The position numbers and the translations under genes were made by a program. DNA of 63,821 nucleotides, filler included, from Neoconidiobolus thromboides FSU 785 (Eukaryota > Fungi > Entomophthoromycota), in NCBI GenBank assembly GCA_025603075.1. It is 9 parts of 9 records of this genome, joined end to end, with 100 filler letters (N's around TTAATTAATTAA, not from the genome) between each part and the next. Parts side by side here need not be neighbours in the genome. Positions count along the whole stretch, not along the records: positions 1 to 27,407 come from MU626502.1; 8 more parts are not named here. One strand, 5' to 3'. Below are positions 13,592-24,160 of the stretch, piece after piece (within the stretch, counting starts at the first letter, position 1; each line of letters starts with the position of its first letter). The notes under the pieces are model-generated. The model was not told where the DNA came from. It did not search any database and saw only the letters and a program-made list of their open reading frames with translations.

Positions 13592-14245
13592 CTAATTTAA
13601 AAGGTGTAATATTTTGCTACATTCATAAGAAGGGAAATTAGACGTTAGATCGATAGTAGATAAAGAAGTTGGATAAGATTTTGGGGAAGAGATACAATTA
13701 ATCTTATGATTATTTGGAATACCAATATTGTCATTATTTTCATTATTGTGAGAGTTTATAGTATTGAATATAACATTGTTTAAAGTGACAACTTTACCAT
13801 AATGTTTTGATTTAGTACGATAGTCTTTAATATAGCCAAAGTCATTGATAATTCCATAGACGCTTGGGTTTAAGTTTAGTTCCGAAGGTACAGTCAAGCA
13901 ATCAGTTCTATTCAAATAGAAATAGTTTATGATACAAATAGTTTGATTTTTATAATACAATTTAATGCTCTTTTTACATAACACATCATTTAATATATAA
14001 TTAAGCTCTCCTTTTTCTTTTTTCTCATAATAAATAAAAAAACCTTGTTTAAAACTCGAAGTATTCCACTTCTTATCATCTGTCCATCGTTTTATTTTAG
14101 TATCCTTTGCGGAATAAATTACCGTTTTTCCATGATATATTTTAGTTCTAATTCTTTCACTTTCCATTGCTATAGTACCTTGTATACTTGCTGATGCAAG
14201 CAAGATCGCTTCTTCAATGGTTGGTATATAGCCTATAAATTCCAT
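13592..14245 (-). CDS. Gti1/Pac2 family (WOPR domain) transcription factor, paralog 3
   Basis: FIGYIPTIEEAILLA, KRWTDDKKWNTS, GFFIYYE, LCKKSI and IINYF motifs. The true ATG is at 14245; the ORF-track start 14248 is TTG. Confidence 0.9.
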   Translation of the reverse strand: MEFIGYIPTIEEAILLASASIQGTIAMESERIRTKIYHGKTVIYSAKDTKIKRWTDDKKWNTSSFKQGFFIYYEKKEKGELNYILNDVLCKKSIKLYYKNQTICIINYFYLNRTDCLTVPSELNLNPSVYGIINDFGYIKDYRTKSKHYGKVVTLNNVIFNTINSHNNENNDNIGIPNNHKINCISSPKSYPTSLSTIDLTSNFPSYECSKILHLLN

Positions 14246-14912
14246 CAATTTTTACAAAAAAAAAGATGTTATTACTGCTAACTCAAACTATTTATACTTT
14301 CTAAGTTCCAAATAGAAAGAGTTAAAACTACAAAAAGAAGCCAAATAAATTAAAAACGTGGGGAAATTAATACTTTATTGTTGCTGATTTGGATGTTCAA
14401 ACTACTTTAATTTTATTTCTCATCATTACTGATTTTTAATGGCTTGTTTATTTGTCAATTATAAATTGATTGTTTTACAAAATGAACTTTAATATAATAT
14501 TATAGAATTTTATCAACTTATTTTCAAAAAAATTGACCACGTTTTATATCAACAATATTGATGACTAGTTTAAAATTTTTGTAAAATTCATATAGTATTA
14601 TCAATTATCATATCATTAAACAATAAAAAATCCTCTTATTTGTTAAATTGAAGGGACACCTGTTAAAGTTTTGCCATACTATTAATTGACATACAATTTA
14701 GAGCACTGTTATTATGCTTTAAATTCCAAATAGTTTAACATTTGTAGTAATATTCTAAATCTTATATCAGATATAAAGTTAAAATTTGAACACAGTGTTA
14801 TAAGTGTCAAAACACCTAAGAAACACCTAATCTTAACTATTATGATAATAAAAATATGATAGAAAATGGAGATAAATTTAAATTTTGCTCAAATCAGATA
14901 AATTAATCGAAG

Positions 14913-15679
14913 TGGAATAACAATTTGAATCTGGATTATGCTTTTCTCAAATTGAAAAAATTAGTTTTACACCCTCTAATTTCATTTTAAAAAGGATGCT
15001 TACTAAATAGAGACCTACTCTAGCAAAACAACTTTGTTACTACTATTAATAGTAAAGAAACTTATAAAAATAGCAGTAGATTGTCAAAAATACAATACAA
15101 AAGATAACACTAGTTTTAAAAAGATAACAGACTAATAACAAAACAAAAGGCACATGAAGATTGGTACAGAGATAGGCATTAATTTTTTAATAAATTCCCT
15201 ATATTTACGATGCATAAAGATGCACAATGATGAAATAAAAAGAACATTTCTATATATTAAATATCTTTAAGGGAAATAAATGGTGATTTGCATATTTGGA
15301 ATCAAATTTTCACAGCTAGATTTAACTAGTATTAGTAAAATGTCGGTATAACTTTATCCGAATAACTTCCTACTTTATTTGTAATAAGACATCTAACAAA
15401 TGTCTTATTTATCATTTTTTAAATTTAGGAGTACAATCTTATTTTTTGAAGACTCCTTTGAAAATCGCTGCAGTCTTTAGTATGTTTTTAATTATCTTTG
15501 GAAAAACATCTTACTTTATTGACCCTAGCTTAATTGAAAGAATACACATCTCTTTAGAACATGATAAAAATTCAACTAGAAAGTATAATTTTAAAATGGC
15601 AAGTTTGTCCAGTATATGTGAAAATTATTCCAAATATATTCAGTTTTCAAAGAGGTCCAAAATTTTATTTAAAACTTGA
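14913..15679 (+). mobile_element. Possible highly decayed Ty3/Gypsy pol relic
   Basis: WNNNLNLDYAFLKLKKLVLHP resembles the RT-RNase H connection motif W....AF..LK..L..P; RIHISLEH...C near 15540-15640 loosely resembles the integrase Zn finger. Full of stops. Confidence 0.3.
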
Positions 15680-16416
15680 GTTTAAGGATTTAATAATAGT
15701 TGGTGATGAAGGACTAAAATTGTTTTTTATCTATATTAGTTGAAAAGTATATTAATCTTTTCCCCAAACTTTTAAACTACAAACTTTAAACAATGCTGAT
15801 AATTAAAAATGAATCTTAAAAGCAAACATAGTAGCTGTTTTTTTAGTAAAAAATAACATTTTAGGCATTTTTATTTCTATATAAACTTACAATTTGGGCA
15901 TGTCTTTTTGGGTTTCACTATTTTTTCTATTTATAGATGTCATTGAATTGAAAAAACATTAGGATTTTCTAAACTAACCTTTTTGATTTTGCAAAAAATA
16001 GGTCATAGGCTATAGTAGCAATTTTTTAAAATTTTTAATAAAGGATTATTTTTGTCTAAAATAGTTGATTTTATTTGCACTACAAAAAAAGAAAATATTT
16101 GTATTCCACAATAACCAATAAGAAAGGGTCGGGGCCACTTTATTGTTGATTTACAATAACTATTCAGAATATCAAAAACTAATACTGTAGTGAAAAACTA
16201 TCTATGTTAATCCAATCAATAGTATTTTTTGATCGTAATTTGTTTTTTCTAATAATTATGCCTAATTTTATAAAAATTAGCTTTGTAATTGCAGTTGATT
16301 AGTTGTTACTGCACTACAAAAGACGCTCATTCTTTACTGAAAGTTAAAGAAATAGTAGGTGTTTTTTGATAGAAATAAATAAACACTTCTAATTCAGACC
16401 ACATAAAGATTCATTA

Positions 16417-16489
16417 TGGCTTTTACTGGAATTGAACTAATGGGCTTTCGTTTTCTAGGCGGATACTCCGTCAACTGAGCCAAGAAAAC
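16417..16489 (-). pseudogene. Decayed copy of the tRNA-Thr at 13174-13246
   Basis: Reverse complement GTTTTCTTGGCTCAGTTGACGGAGTATCCGCCTAGAAAACGAAAGCCCATTAGTTCAATTCCAGTAAAAGCCA aligns without gaps to the intact tRNA with 17 substitutions; stems broken, anticodon now AGA; both are followed by TAAT. Confidence 0.85.
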
Positions 16490-17659
16490 GATCACGTGCA
16501 GCATTTCTGTTAGGCTATATTTCTATCATGTTTTGTCTATTTAATTATACTTGACATATTTTGAAAGTAGATTTTAAATCGCTAAGTTATATATAAAGTT
16601 TCATTGCTCCAAAATGACATAGTTCGGATTTAAGTTGGTTTTTCCATTCTTCTAATGTGCTATTGTTTCATACTTATGGCTTTTTCAGGGTTAAATCAGG
16701 GTTACTAGAAGTTCAATTTCAAGTGTGTACTGTCTATTTATGTATTTAAAACTATAACTTTAGGCACAAATTTTGTTAAAGCCTAAGGAACTAGCTTTTT
16801 AAAAAATATATAAATAGTTACTGAAGAAATCTTCCAAAAAACTGCACATTTTCTTAAATAGCTATATAGGTTGCATTATAAGGTAATTTCTAAAGTAATC
16901 TAACTTTGGGCTAAGTTAATTTGAAAGCCATTGATTACAATGGAACACATTTGTTATCTAAAAGTTAATTTTTGTGTACAATTTAAACCATAACGATTTT
17001 ATACCCTTAGTTGAATGGATCTGCCCAAAAGGCTAGGCTACTTTAGAAATTACTTATAATCTGTTATGAATTTTCAAGCAGGTTGTTTTATTGATTCTAA
17101 ATTTTATATGAATTAAAATTGTGCCGAGATGGAGATTACTTTATTTATCAATTTAATGTTTTGAATTTTAAGTTCAAAATGGGTGGTAATTATCTTATCT
17201 TTGGAGAAAATGTTATCTTACAATAACTTTAGTAGTTAAATTATATTTATTAAAATATAAATAAATGAAAAGAATTCAGATTTTTTATAGGATCAGTACT
17301 TACTAGCAAGGATAGCTTATTTTAAGGATTTGGTACTTTAAAAGGTTAAATTGAATTTATTCCGTATTTGCGTAAGGTTAATTATATATAGATGGACCAC
17401 TTATTTCAATTACAGATATAATATGTACAACAATATAATACAATAAAATGAATAAAATAAAATAATGAGGTTTATAAAGATAATTAAGTAATACGAATTT
17501 AGCATTTCAACAAGTTTAACTTTAATTTTTCCCAATTTTGTTAAAATTGAATTCTAGATTTTAGAGTATTCAGTTTTATTAATTTTCAATGGAACTTGAA
17601 TGTGGCATGAATAACTATATAAATAGAGAAAAACGAATCTTTCTTTTTTGTAAAAATTA

Positions 17660-18313
17660 ATGGAATTTATAGGCTATATACCAACCATTGAAGAAGCGAT
17701 CTTGCTTGCATCAGCAAGTATAAAGGGAATGATATCAACTGAAAAAGAAAGAATAAGGACGAAAATATATCATGGAAAAACAGTTATTTACTCAGTAACA
17801 AACAGTAAAATAAGGAGATGGACAGATGACAAGAGATGGAGTACATCCAATTTTAAACAAGGTTTTTTTATTTATTATGAGAAAAAAGAAAAAGGAGAGC
17901 TTAATTATATATTAAATGATGTGTTATGTAAAAAGAGCATTAAATTGTATTATAAAAATCAAACTATTTGTATCATAAACTATTTCTATTTGAATAGAAC
18001 TGATTGCTTGACTGTACCTTCGGAACTAAACTTAAACCCAAGCGTCTATGGAATTATCAATGACTTTGGCTATATTAAAGACTATCGTACTAAATCAAAA
18101 CATTATGGTAAAGTTGTCACTTTGAATGGCAATAATTTTGGCACTATTAATGTATTAAATGATGACAATGATATCAATGGTAGTGTGAAACATGATAATG
18201 GTGATATGTATAATACAGTTAGTTTTACTCCATCCCCAAAATCATGCCCAAACCCATTAACTGCAATTAATAGCATACTTAATCCACCCTTAAAGAACAT
18301 GACCGACTGTTAA
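17660..18313 (+). CDS. Gti1/Pac2 family (WOPR domain) transcription factor, paralog 4 (inverted partner of paralog 3)
   Basis: Same WOPR motifs as paralog 3; shares identical 63-bp and 273-bp tracts with it. Confidence 0.9.
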   Translation: MEFIGYIPTIEEAILLASASIKGMISTEKERIRTKIYHGKTVIYSVTNSKIRRWTDDKRWSTSNFKQGFFIYYEKKEKGELNYILNDVLCKKSIKLYYKNQTICIINYFYLNRTDCLTVPSELNLNPSVYGIINDFGYIKDYRTKSKHYGKVVTLNGNNFGTINVLNDDNDINGSVKHDNGDMYNTVSFTPSPKSCPNPLTAINSILNPPLKNMTDC

Positions 18314-18703
18314 ATTAATTATTTTTTATTTACTTACAATAAACTAAATATTTTGTTAAAAAAGCAGGACTATTAATATTATTCATAAGTTACAATGGTA
18401 TAAATAATTGCTAATATAAAGTAGGCAAGGCCCTAAAATTTAAAAGTGGCTACATAAAAACAAATTCCGTATTCCACAGAAATTAAACGTGGTTTTTGAT
18501 CAAAATATGGTATTTTCCACTGTTAAACGATTTGTCATTATATGGTATGAAATTTCCTTTAATGAAACTGAAACCACAAGGATAGGTTGAATTTATATAT
18601 GCACCCCTGTTATCTTTAATGTATGAAAAGCAAAGGGGCTATTTTTTAAAGATGACAATAGTATTCACTATCTAATGATCACAGTTATATAGTAATAATT
18701 GAA

Positions 18704-18838
18704 CTATATGTAGATAAGTTGTCCTTCTACAGGTATGTTTGCTTCCCATAACCCTTCAATAAATACACATAGCTGCTTTAAATAAGAGGCAATTGGGGCT
18801 TGCTCAACTGACGTTTCACTAAGATAGGTCAACTTGTC
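18704..18838 (-). mobile_element. Possible Ty1/Copia gag relic
   Basis: Reads DKLTYLSETSVEQAPIASYLKQLCVFIEGLWEANIPVEGQLIYI, resembling the UBN2-type gag helix pattern (SYL.....L..A..PV.E..LI.YI). Confidence 0.3.
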
Positions 18839-19815
18839 TAAAAATGGTGTATTATAAACTAAAAAGTAAAGACATTTGTTTCAGTTTAAAAACAGCGATA
18901 ATAAACTAATTCCATTATGCATAGGTTTATTAAAATAGGTGGTGGGTTTGTTGTGGGAGCATAGTAAGCTTTAATAATATAGTTTAATTGGAAAAAAAAC
19001 AAAAAAATTAATAAACAATTTAAGGATTTTAAATATAGTTTTTTGCATTGATTTGTTGAATAGTTTACTGTTAGTGTTATAATGATATTGGATATCATGA
19101 TTTATTAATGTTGTTTTCTAAGTAAATTTAAGTTGATGAATGGTATATTTACAAGATACTTTAACAAATAAAACATAGATTATCTAAAAAGAGAAACTTA
19201 ATACAAATTGACACTAAATAACTTGATGTAAAATTGAACCAACTTTTTAAGTTATAAGTTATTATTATAAACTATTTAAACACCCTTTTTAAGCCTCATT
19301 ACTTGCACTTAACATTCGAGCTTCAAGGTTTAAAAGATAGAAAATCCTTCAATTTTTGTTGTGAAATACCAGTCTAGATTTAAGAGTTTCTATAACGTAA
19401 GTTATCTATATATTGTTATTTTTTGGCATAGATGAGGAGAACGACTTTCAAATTAATACTCTGAAGTAGAAGAGTTAGTGTTTATATCAGTTGATTCGAA
19501 GAAGAATCAGCTCAAATAAATATATCGATAAAGTTGTAAGCTACTATACGAGTTTTTAAATTTTCACGTTCTTATCCTCTAGGTCAACGCTGTATTTCAG
19601 TAAAGCATTCAAGTAAGAGTAGTTAGTCATCTTACCTCTAGCAAATCATTCCAAACAAACGCATATGGTGATTCAAGATATATAAATTTCAATTAATTAA
19701 CCAGAGTTTTATAAAAAATATTCTGTTATTCTAATCAATACATTTTTATTAAATAGAAAGATTGAACATAGCAAAAACTGATGAAGGATAATATCTTAGT
19801 GACCTTTAATGGAAG

Positions 19816-20795
19816 TTAGATTATTTTCTTTGTGTTACTGATTTTAGAGAATAGTAAATTAATTAGTTTTCCATAAACCTTATCATGAAGTGGTAATATA
19901 AGCATAGGGTTGGCTAGAATAAAAGAGCAGAGAGGTATAAAAATAGTAATTGAAAAATAATACCTCAACCTAAAATCTCAATCAATGGGTATCATTATGG
20001 GATAGTAGTTCATTGTAAAAATAGCAGGGGAACCGCAACTGATACAATATAGGATAAATATAGTCGCTTTTATTAGTAATATTCCTGTGGGGACTTTAAT
20101 TCTTTCATAATTAGCTTTTTTATCAAAGTGAATAGTACTAAGTAGGCTACTGCTACTATCAGGATTATTTTCACTATTATATGTATTATTTAGAGTAACT
20201 ATGGGGTTACTCTTTAAAATTCTGCAATTCCTTAGTACTAACATAATTTTGAAATAATATACACAAATTATTATTGTGTTGAGCATGAAGCTAAGCATCG
20301 TAAAAAAGTGATACACTTTGCCAATAAATCCACAGTTAGGTAAGAGTGTACATATTGCCCTAGATTCAGTCATGGTGAATTCATTGTAGTAAGGAGTAGG
20401 TAGCGCAATGTAAACAATATCATCATAATAACAATTCCAATGGCACATAATACCCACTTATGTATACAGTGTTGGTTGATAGTAAAACAGTGCTCTAGAG
20501 AAAGCAGTGTAATACCAGAACTACTACATACTGATACCAAAGTATGAAATATTTGAAGGACTTGACATAAATATGTATCAAGAATAATGTTACAACTTTT
20601 TGACAAGGATAGAATTCCTTGAACTCATCATATAGAAGTAACTATATTAAGTAAAATTGTCAATATCATAGAGTTTAAGCCTGATGATAATGATCTATCC
20701 ATCCTAAGTAAAAGCATTAATACACCCACTAGGATATCAATTAACAATACAATCACTACCAAAGGATTACCAACAATTTCTACTACTTGAACCAT
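19816..20795 (-). pseudogene. Rhodopsin-like (class A) 7TM receptor pseudogene, paralog of 22754-23752
   Basis: ATG at 20795 (MVQVVEIVG). Tandem TGA TGA after TM2, a frameshift between the 20370-20606 and 19978-20457 ORFs, another TGA at 19978-19980, then TM7 ANPMLIL and a stop at 19816. Confidence 0.8.
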
Positions 20796-21168
20796 TTTTT
20801 AATAAAAGCGATAAGCTTAATTAATTTGCTATTTACAATTTGCTTTATTAAAATATAAACAGAGTTTTAATTAATATTCTTCTCTTCATACAAAATAGAA
20901 ATCAAATTAATTTAATGATTTTTGGATATTTAGCACTTAACCAAAAATTTTAATTGTGAACATTTTGCAGTAGTACTTATTTAAAAATATTTACGTTTTT
21001 ACTTAATTTTAATATCAGCTATATTTCATTGCTTTTATGTTTTCAAATAAGCTTTATTTAACACATTTTAAAAAATGCTTGGTATATTATAAAATTTAAC
21101 ACATAGCTTTTTTTATTTTTTTAATAAAAAGTTTAATTTAGTTTCTAAATTTTTTTTAGTTAATATTT

Positions 21169-21253
21169 GGGAATGTTTTTTTTGATTTCGTTATTTTTCC
21201 ATTCAAATAGCGCTTAAAAAATAGAAAAATAATGAAATCAAAAAAACATCCCC
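21169..21253. mobile_element. MITE variant with two left-type ends (fold-back form)
   Basis: GGGAATGTTTTTTTTGATTTCGTTATTTTTCCA ... TAGAAAAATAATGAAATCAAAAAAACATCCCC; ATTT TSD. Confidence 0.7.
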
Positions 21254-21610
21254 ATTTAAAAACAAATTTAAAAAGCTAAAAATTTAAATAGTTAGCAATA
21301 TTTTACTTGAGTTAAATAAAGCAGTTTCTTATTATTGCTTTAATATTCCAATATTTTAATTCAAATATCTATTGCACTTATTCAACTAAGCTAATAATAA
21401 ATAATTGTATATTATATTTATGAATTATAGTTTGTTTTATATATATAATTCAAAGCATATAACCATCAGCTTCATTTAAAATTATAATGCTGTACAAACA
21501 GCTATTTTTATTTAAAGTACAATGTTTTATTATAATTATATTTTAAACTTTATTTACATTCTGAGATTTTTATTATTTTATTTTTCTTTAAAAGTTTTTT
21601 AAAACTATAT

Positions 21611-21805
21611 GGGGGTGTTTTTTTTGGCTTCATCACTTTTTCTATCTTTTAAGTGTTATTTAAATGGAAAAACTATCACTGAAATTCTTAAACATAAAAA
21701 TACATCCCCATATATAAGAGTGTTTTTTTGGTTTCATTGCTTTTTGCATTTTTTAAGCGTTATTTAAATGGGAAAACTATCACTGAAACCAAAAAAAACA
21801 CCATT
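21611..21805 (+). mobile_element. Two tandem MITE copies (21611-21709 and ~21717-21805)
   Basis: First copy has an ATAT TSD; both share the unusual AAAACTATCACTGAAA variant. Confidence 0.75.
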
Positions 21806-22753
21806 ATATATTAAAAAAAGATTAGTAAATACTTTTTAAAGCTATTATTATATAATATTTGATATTATTTTTTACTTTTTACTATTAGTTTTAATAAAAT
21901 GAACGTTAATATTTAAAGGATTGATGTTTTAGGCTTATAAATGAATAAATTCATTATAGCTTTTCTAACAAAAGTAGCTTATGGATTAATTAGATAATTT
22001 GCAGTTACTAGTTCAGTACAATATTATTAAAACCTTTTATAGTCCATTTGAAAGATAAATTACTATTAACATTAAGTTTAAATTTCAACATACTTGAACT
22101 TCCAATTTAGCAAGTAATAAAACTTAAATGAACTTAAAGTAAGCAAAAATACAATAAAACGTTAAAACTTTGAGATTAGATATTATTAGTTGGAACTTAA
22201 TTGATGTTATTAACTTGTATTTTTACGAATTGTAGTTACAAAAATAAATATAAAAATAAATTATTAACTATAGTCAATCCAATAATTTTTGTTGTAAATG
22301 TTAAAATAAAATAATTGAATGTTCCAAGTATTTTAAGAATACTACTTTATTAGAAAGATAGTTAAATTTATTTTGGATCTAGAAGGTTGGAATTCGAAAC
22401 ACAGAACATCATTTACTAAATTGAATGGACTTGTAAAATGATAATATTTAGTTGGGCTATTAAAATAAATATCTTTGAATACTCTCAACTTCTTATTTAT
22501 AAGAGATACTGGCTACGAATTCGATTTATGTATAAAATGAGCATTAAATAACTATTAGAAATGTTGATATATGATTAGTAAATAAAATAGATTATTTCAT
22601 TTCTGAAGCTTGTTAATGGTCACTTGATATGATTTGAATTAAGGTGATTTAATAAATCCACCAATAGAATTAAATACCTATAATTCTCGAAAAGTTAGAA
22701 TAAAACTAAATAGAATTAAATTGATACTCAAAAGCCTTTTAAATCTTTTAAAA

Positions 22754-23752
22754 ATGAACAATACTAAATTGATAGTGGAAATCATTGGGGATATTTTAGG
22801 AGTCATAGCATTGATATTAAACATCATGGTTGGTATAGTTGTTATTCTACTTGTAAAAGAAAAATCATTTCGATTAGGATTTAGTTTTATTTTATTTACA
22901 ATTACTATCGATATTATAATACCTATTGTTGCCTTAACACAAGAAATCATATCAATAGTAAATGATTCGAATGTAATGCTCAACACTCACTCTTGTCAAA
23001 TATTAGGGGTATTTCATACATTAATACCAATATGTAGTAGTTGTGGTGTATCATTGCTTACTTTAGAACGTTATTTTACTATTAAACAAATTAATGTAAG
23101 TAATTGGTTTTTATGGTCAGGCGGTTTAGTTATTATATCAATATCTTTTATATTATCTGTACTTACAGCTACTTATAATCAATTCCAACTTATGCCATCA
23201 CGAATGATGTGTATGCCATTACCAATCCAAGGTACTTTTGGATCAGTATATTACTTTGTTATGACCATTTTATTAATCTTGAATACTAGTATAATAGCTT
23301 ATTGTTATTCAGGTATTATCTCAATAATGATAAAGAAGCCAAAATTAATGTCCCATTCATTAAATTCATATAATAAAGGGAATAAGAATGAATCAAAACA
23401 AGAGTTAACTGAAGAAGAACAGAATTCAATAGAAGAAACTGATAAGCAGTTGATAGATCAGAATTCTAGAAATCACAATTTATCAAAGAGAGTACTTAAT
23501 AAGGCTATTTTATTCGTTGTTTGTTATACTATTTGTATTTTACCAGCTATTTTTATCATGGTTTATTATATTATTATGAGTTTCTTAAATATTGAATTTG
23601 TGTTAAGTTATGAGCTATCAATTATTATCTTCGCTTCTATTTGTTCTTTTTGTATTGCTAATCCTATTTTATTACTTCTTTTACATAATCGAGTTTCTAG
23701 TAAACTAATGAATTTATTTATGAAGTTTAACTGTTTTATTAACACAAAGTAA
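22754..23752 (+). CDS. Rhodopsin-like (class A) G-protein-coupled receptor
   Basis: Seven hydrophobic segments, Cys at the top of TM3 (SCQILG) and in ECL2 (MMCMP), LTLERY (DRY-like), long charged ICL3, ANPILL in TM7; intronless; first ATG at 22754. Confidence 0.85.
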   Translation: MNNTKLIVEIIGDILGVIALILNIMVGIVVILLVKEKSFRLGFSFILFTITIDIIIPIVALTQEIISIVNDSNVMLNTHSCQILGVFHTLIPICSSCGVSLLTLERYFTIKQINVSNWFLWSGGLVIISISFILSVLTATYNQFQLMPSRMMCMPLPIQGTFGSVYYFVMTILLILNTSIIAYCYSGIISIMIKKPKLMSHSLNSYNKGNKNESKQELTEEEQNSIEETDKQLIDQNSRNHNLSKRVLNKAILFVVCYTICILPAIFIMVYYIIMSFLNIEFVLSYELSIIIFASICSFCIANPILLLLLHNRVSSKLMNLFMKFNCFINTK

Positions 23753-24160
23753 AGAACTATTGGTGGTGTAACGTAATAGGTTTTTATAATTAAGGTTTTA
23801 TTTTATTAGATGACTTAATTAGAAATCTATAACAATAATTCAAATCTTTTTTTACATTTGAGCTTGAAGTCAATATTAACTTTTAGTTTGAATCTTTTTT
23901 CATTAGGTAATACTGGGTGATTACTAAAGTCTAGCACTTGAATCTTTTTATCTTTTTTTTAATAAAATAAAAAGTTTATCATTTTATGTTATTATGCGTA
24001 TATTAATTTCATTATAATTAAGTAGTTTAGTAAATTAGAATAAATTTATAAAATCAGTTAATCAAATAAGATAATCATACTTGACCTTTTAATTAACTAA
24101 AAGTGACGAAGCTAAAAAAAACATCCCCCGTATTAATATAGAAAATATAAAACAAGGTTT

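Noticed and set aside
14663-15789. Wor1-type sites TTAAAGTTT (14663-14671) and AAACTTTAA (15781-15789) in the WOPR spacer, suggesting autoregulation
   Set aside because: At this AT content roughly one hit is expected by chance in 3.4 kb; not distinguishable from background.
19978-20630. In-frame TGA codons in the GPCR paralog as Trp or selenocysteine recoding
   Set aside because: They do not align with Trp/Cys in the intact paralog, there is also a frameshift, and CDC6 ends on TGA; pseudogene is simpler.
22678-22986. Antisense ORFs 22678-22986, 30587-30847, 31037-31261, 18103-18300, 62985-63194, 32196-32387, 51249-51473
   Set aside because: Overlap real genes on the opposite strand or another frame, with no independent motifs.
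23340-23640. GPCR as a fungal opsin
   Set aside because: No lysine at the TM7 retinal-binding position.
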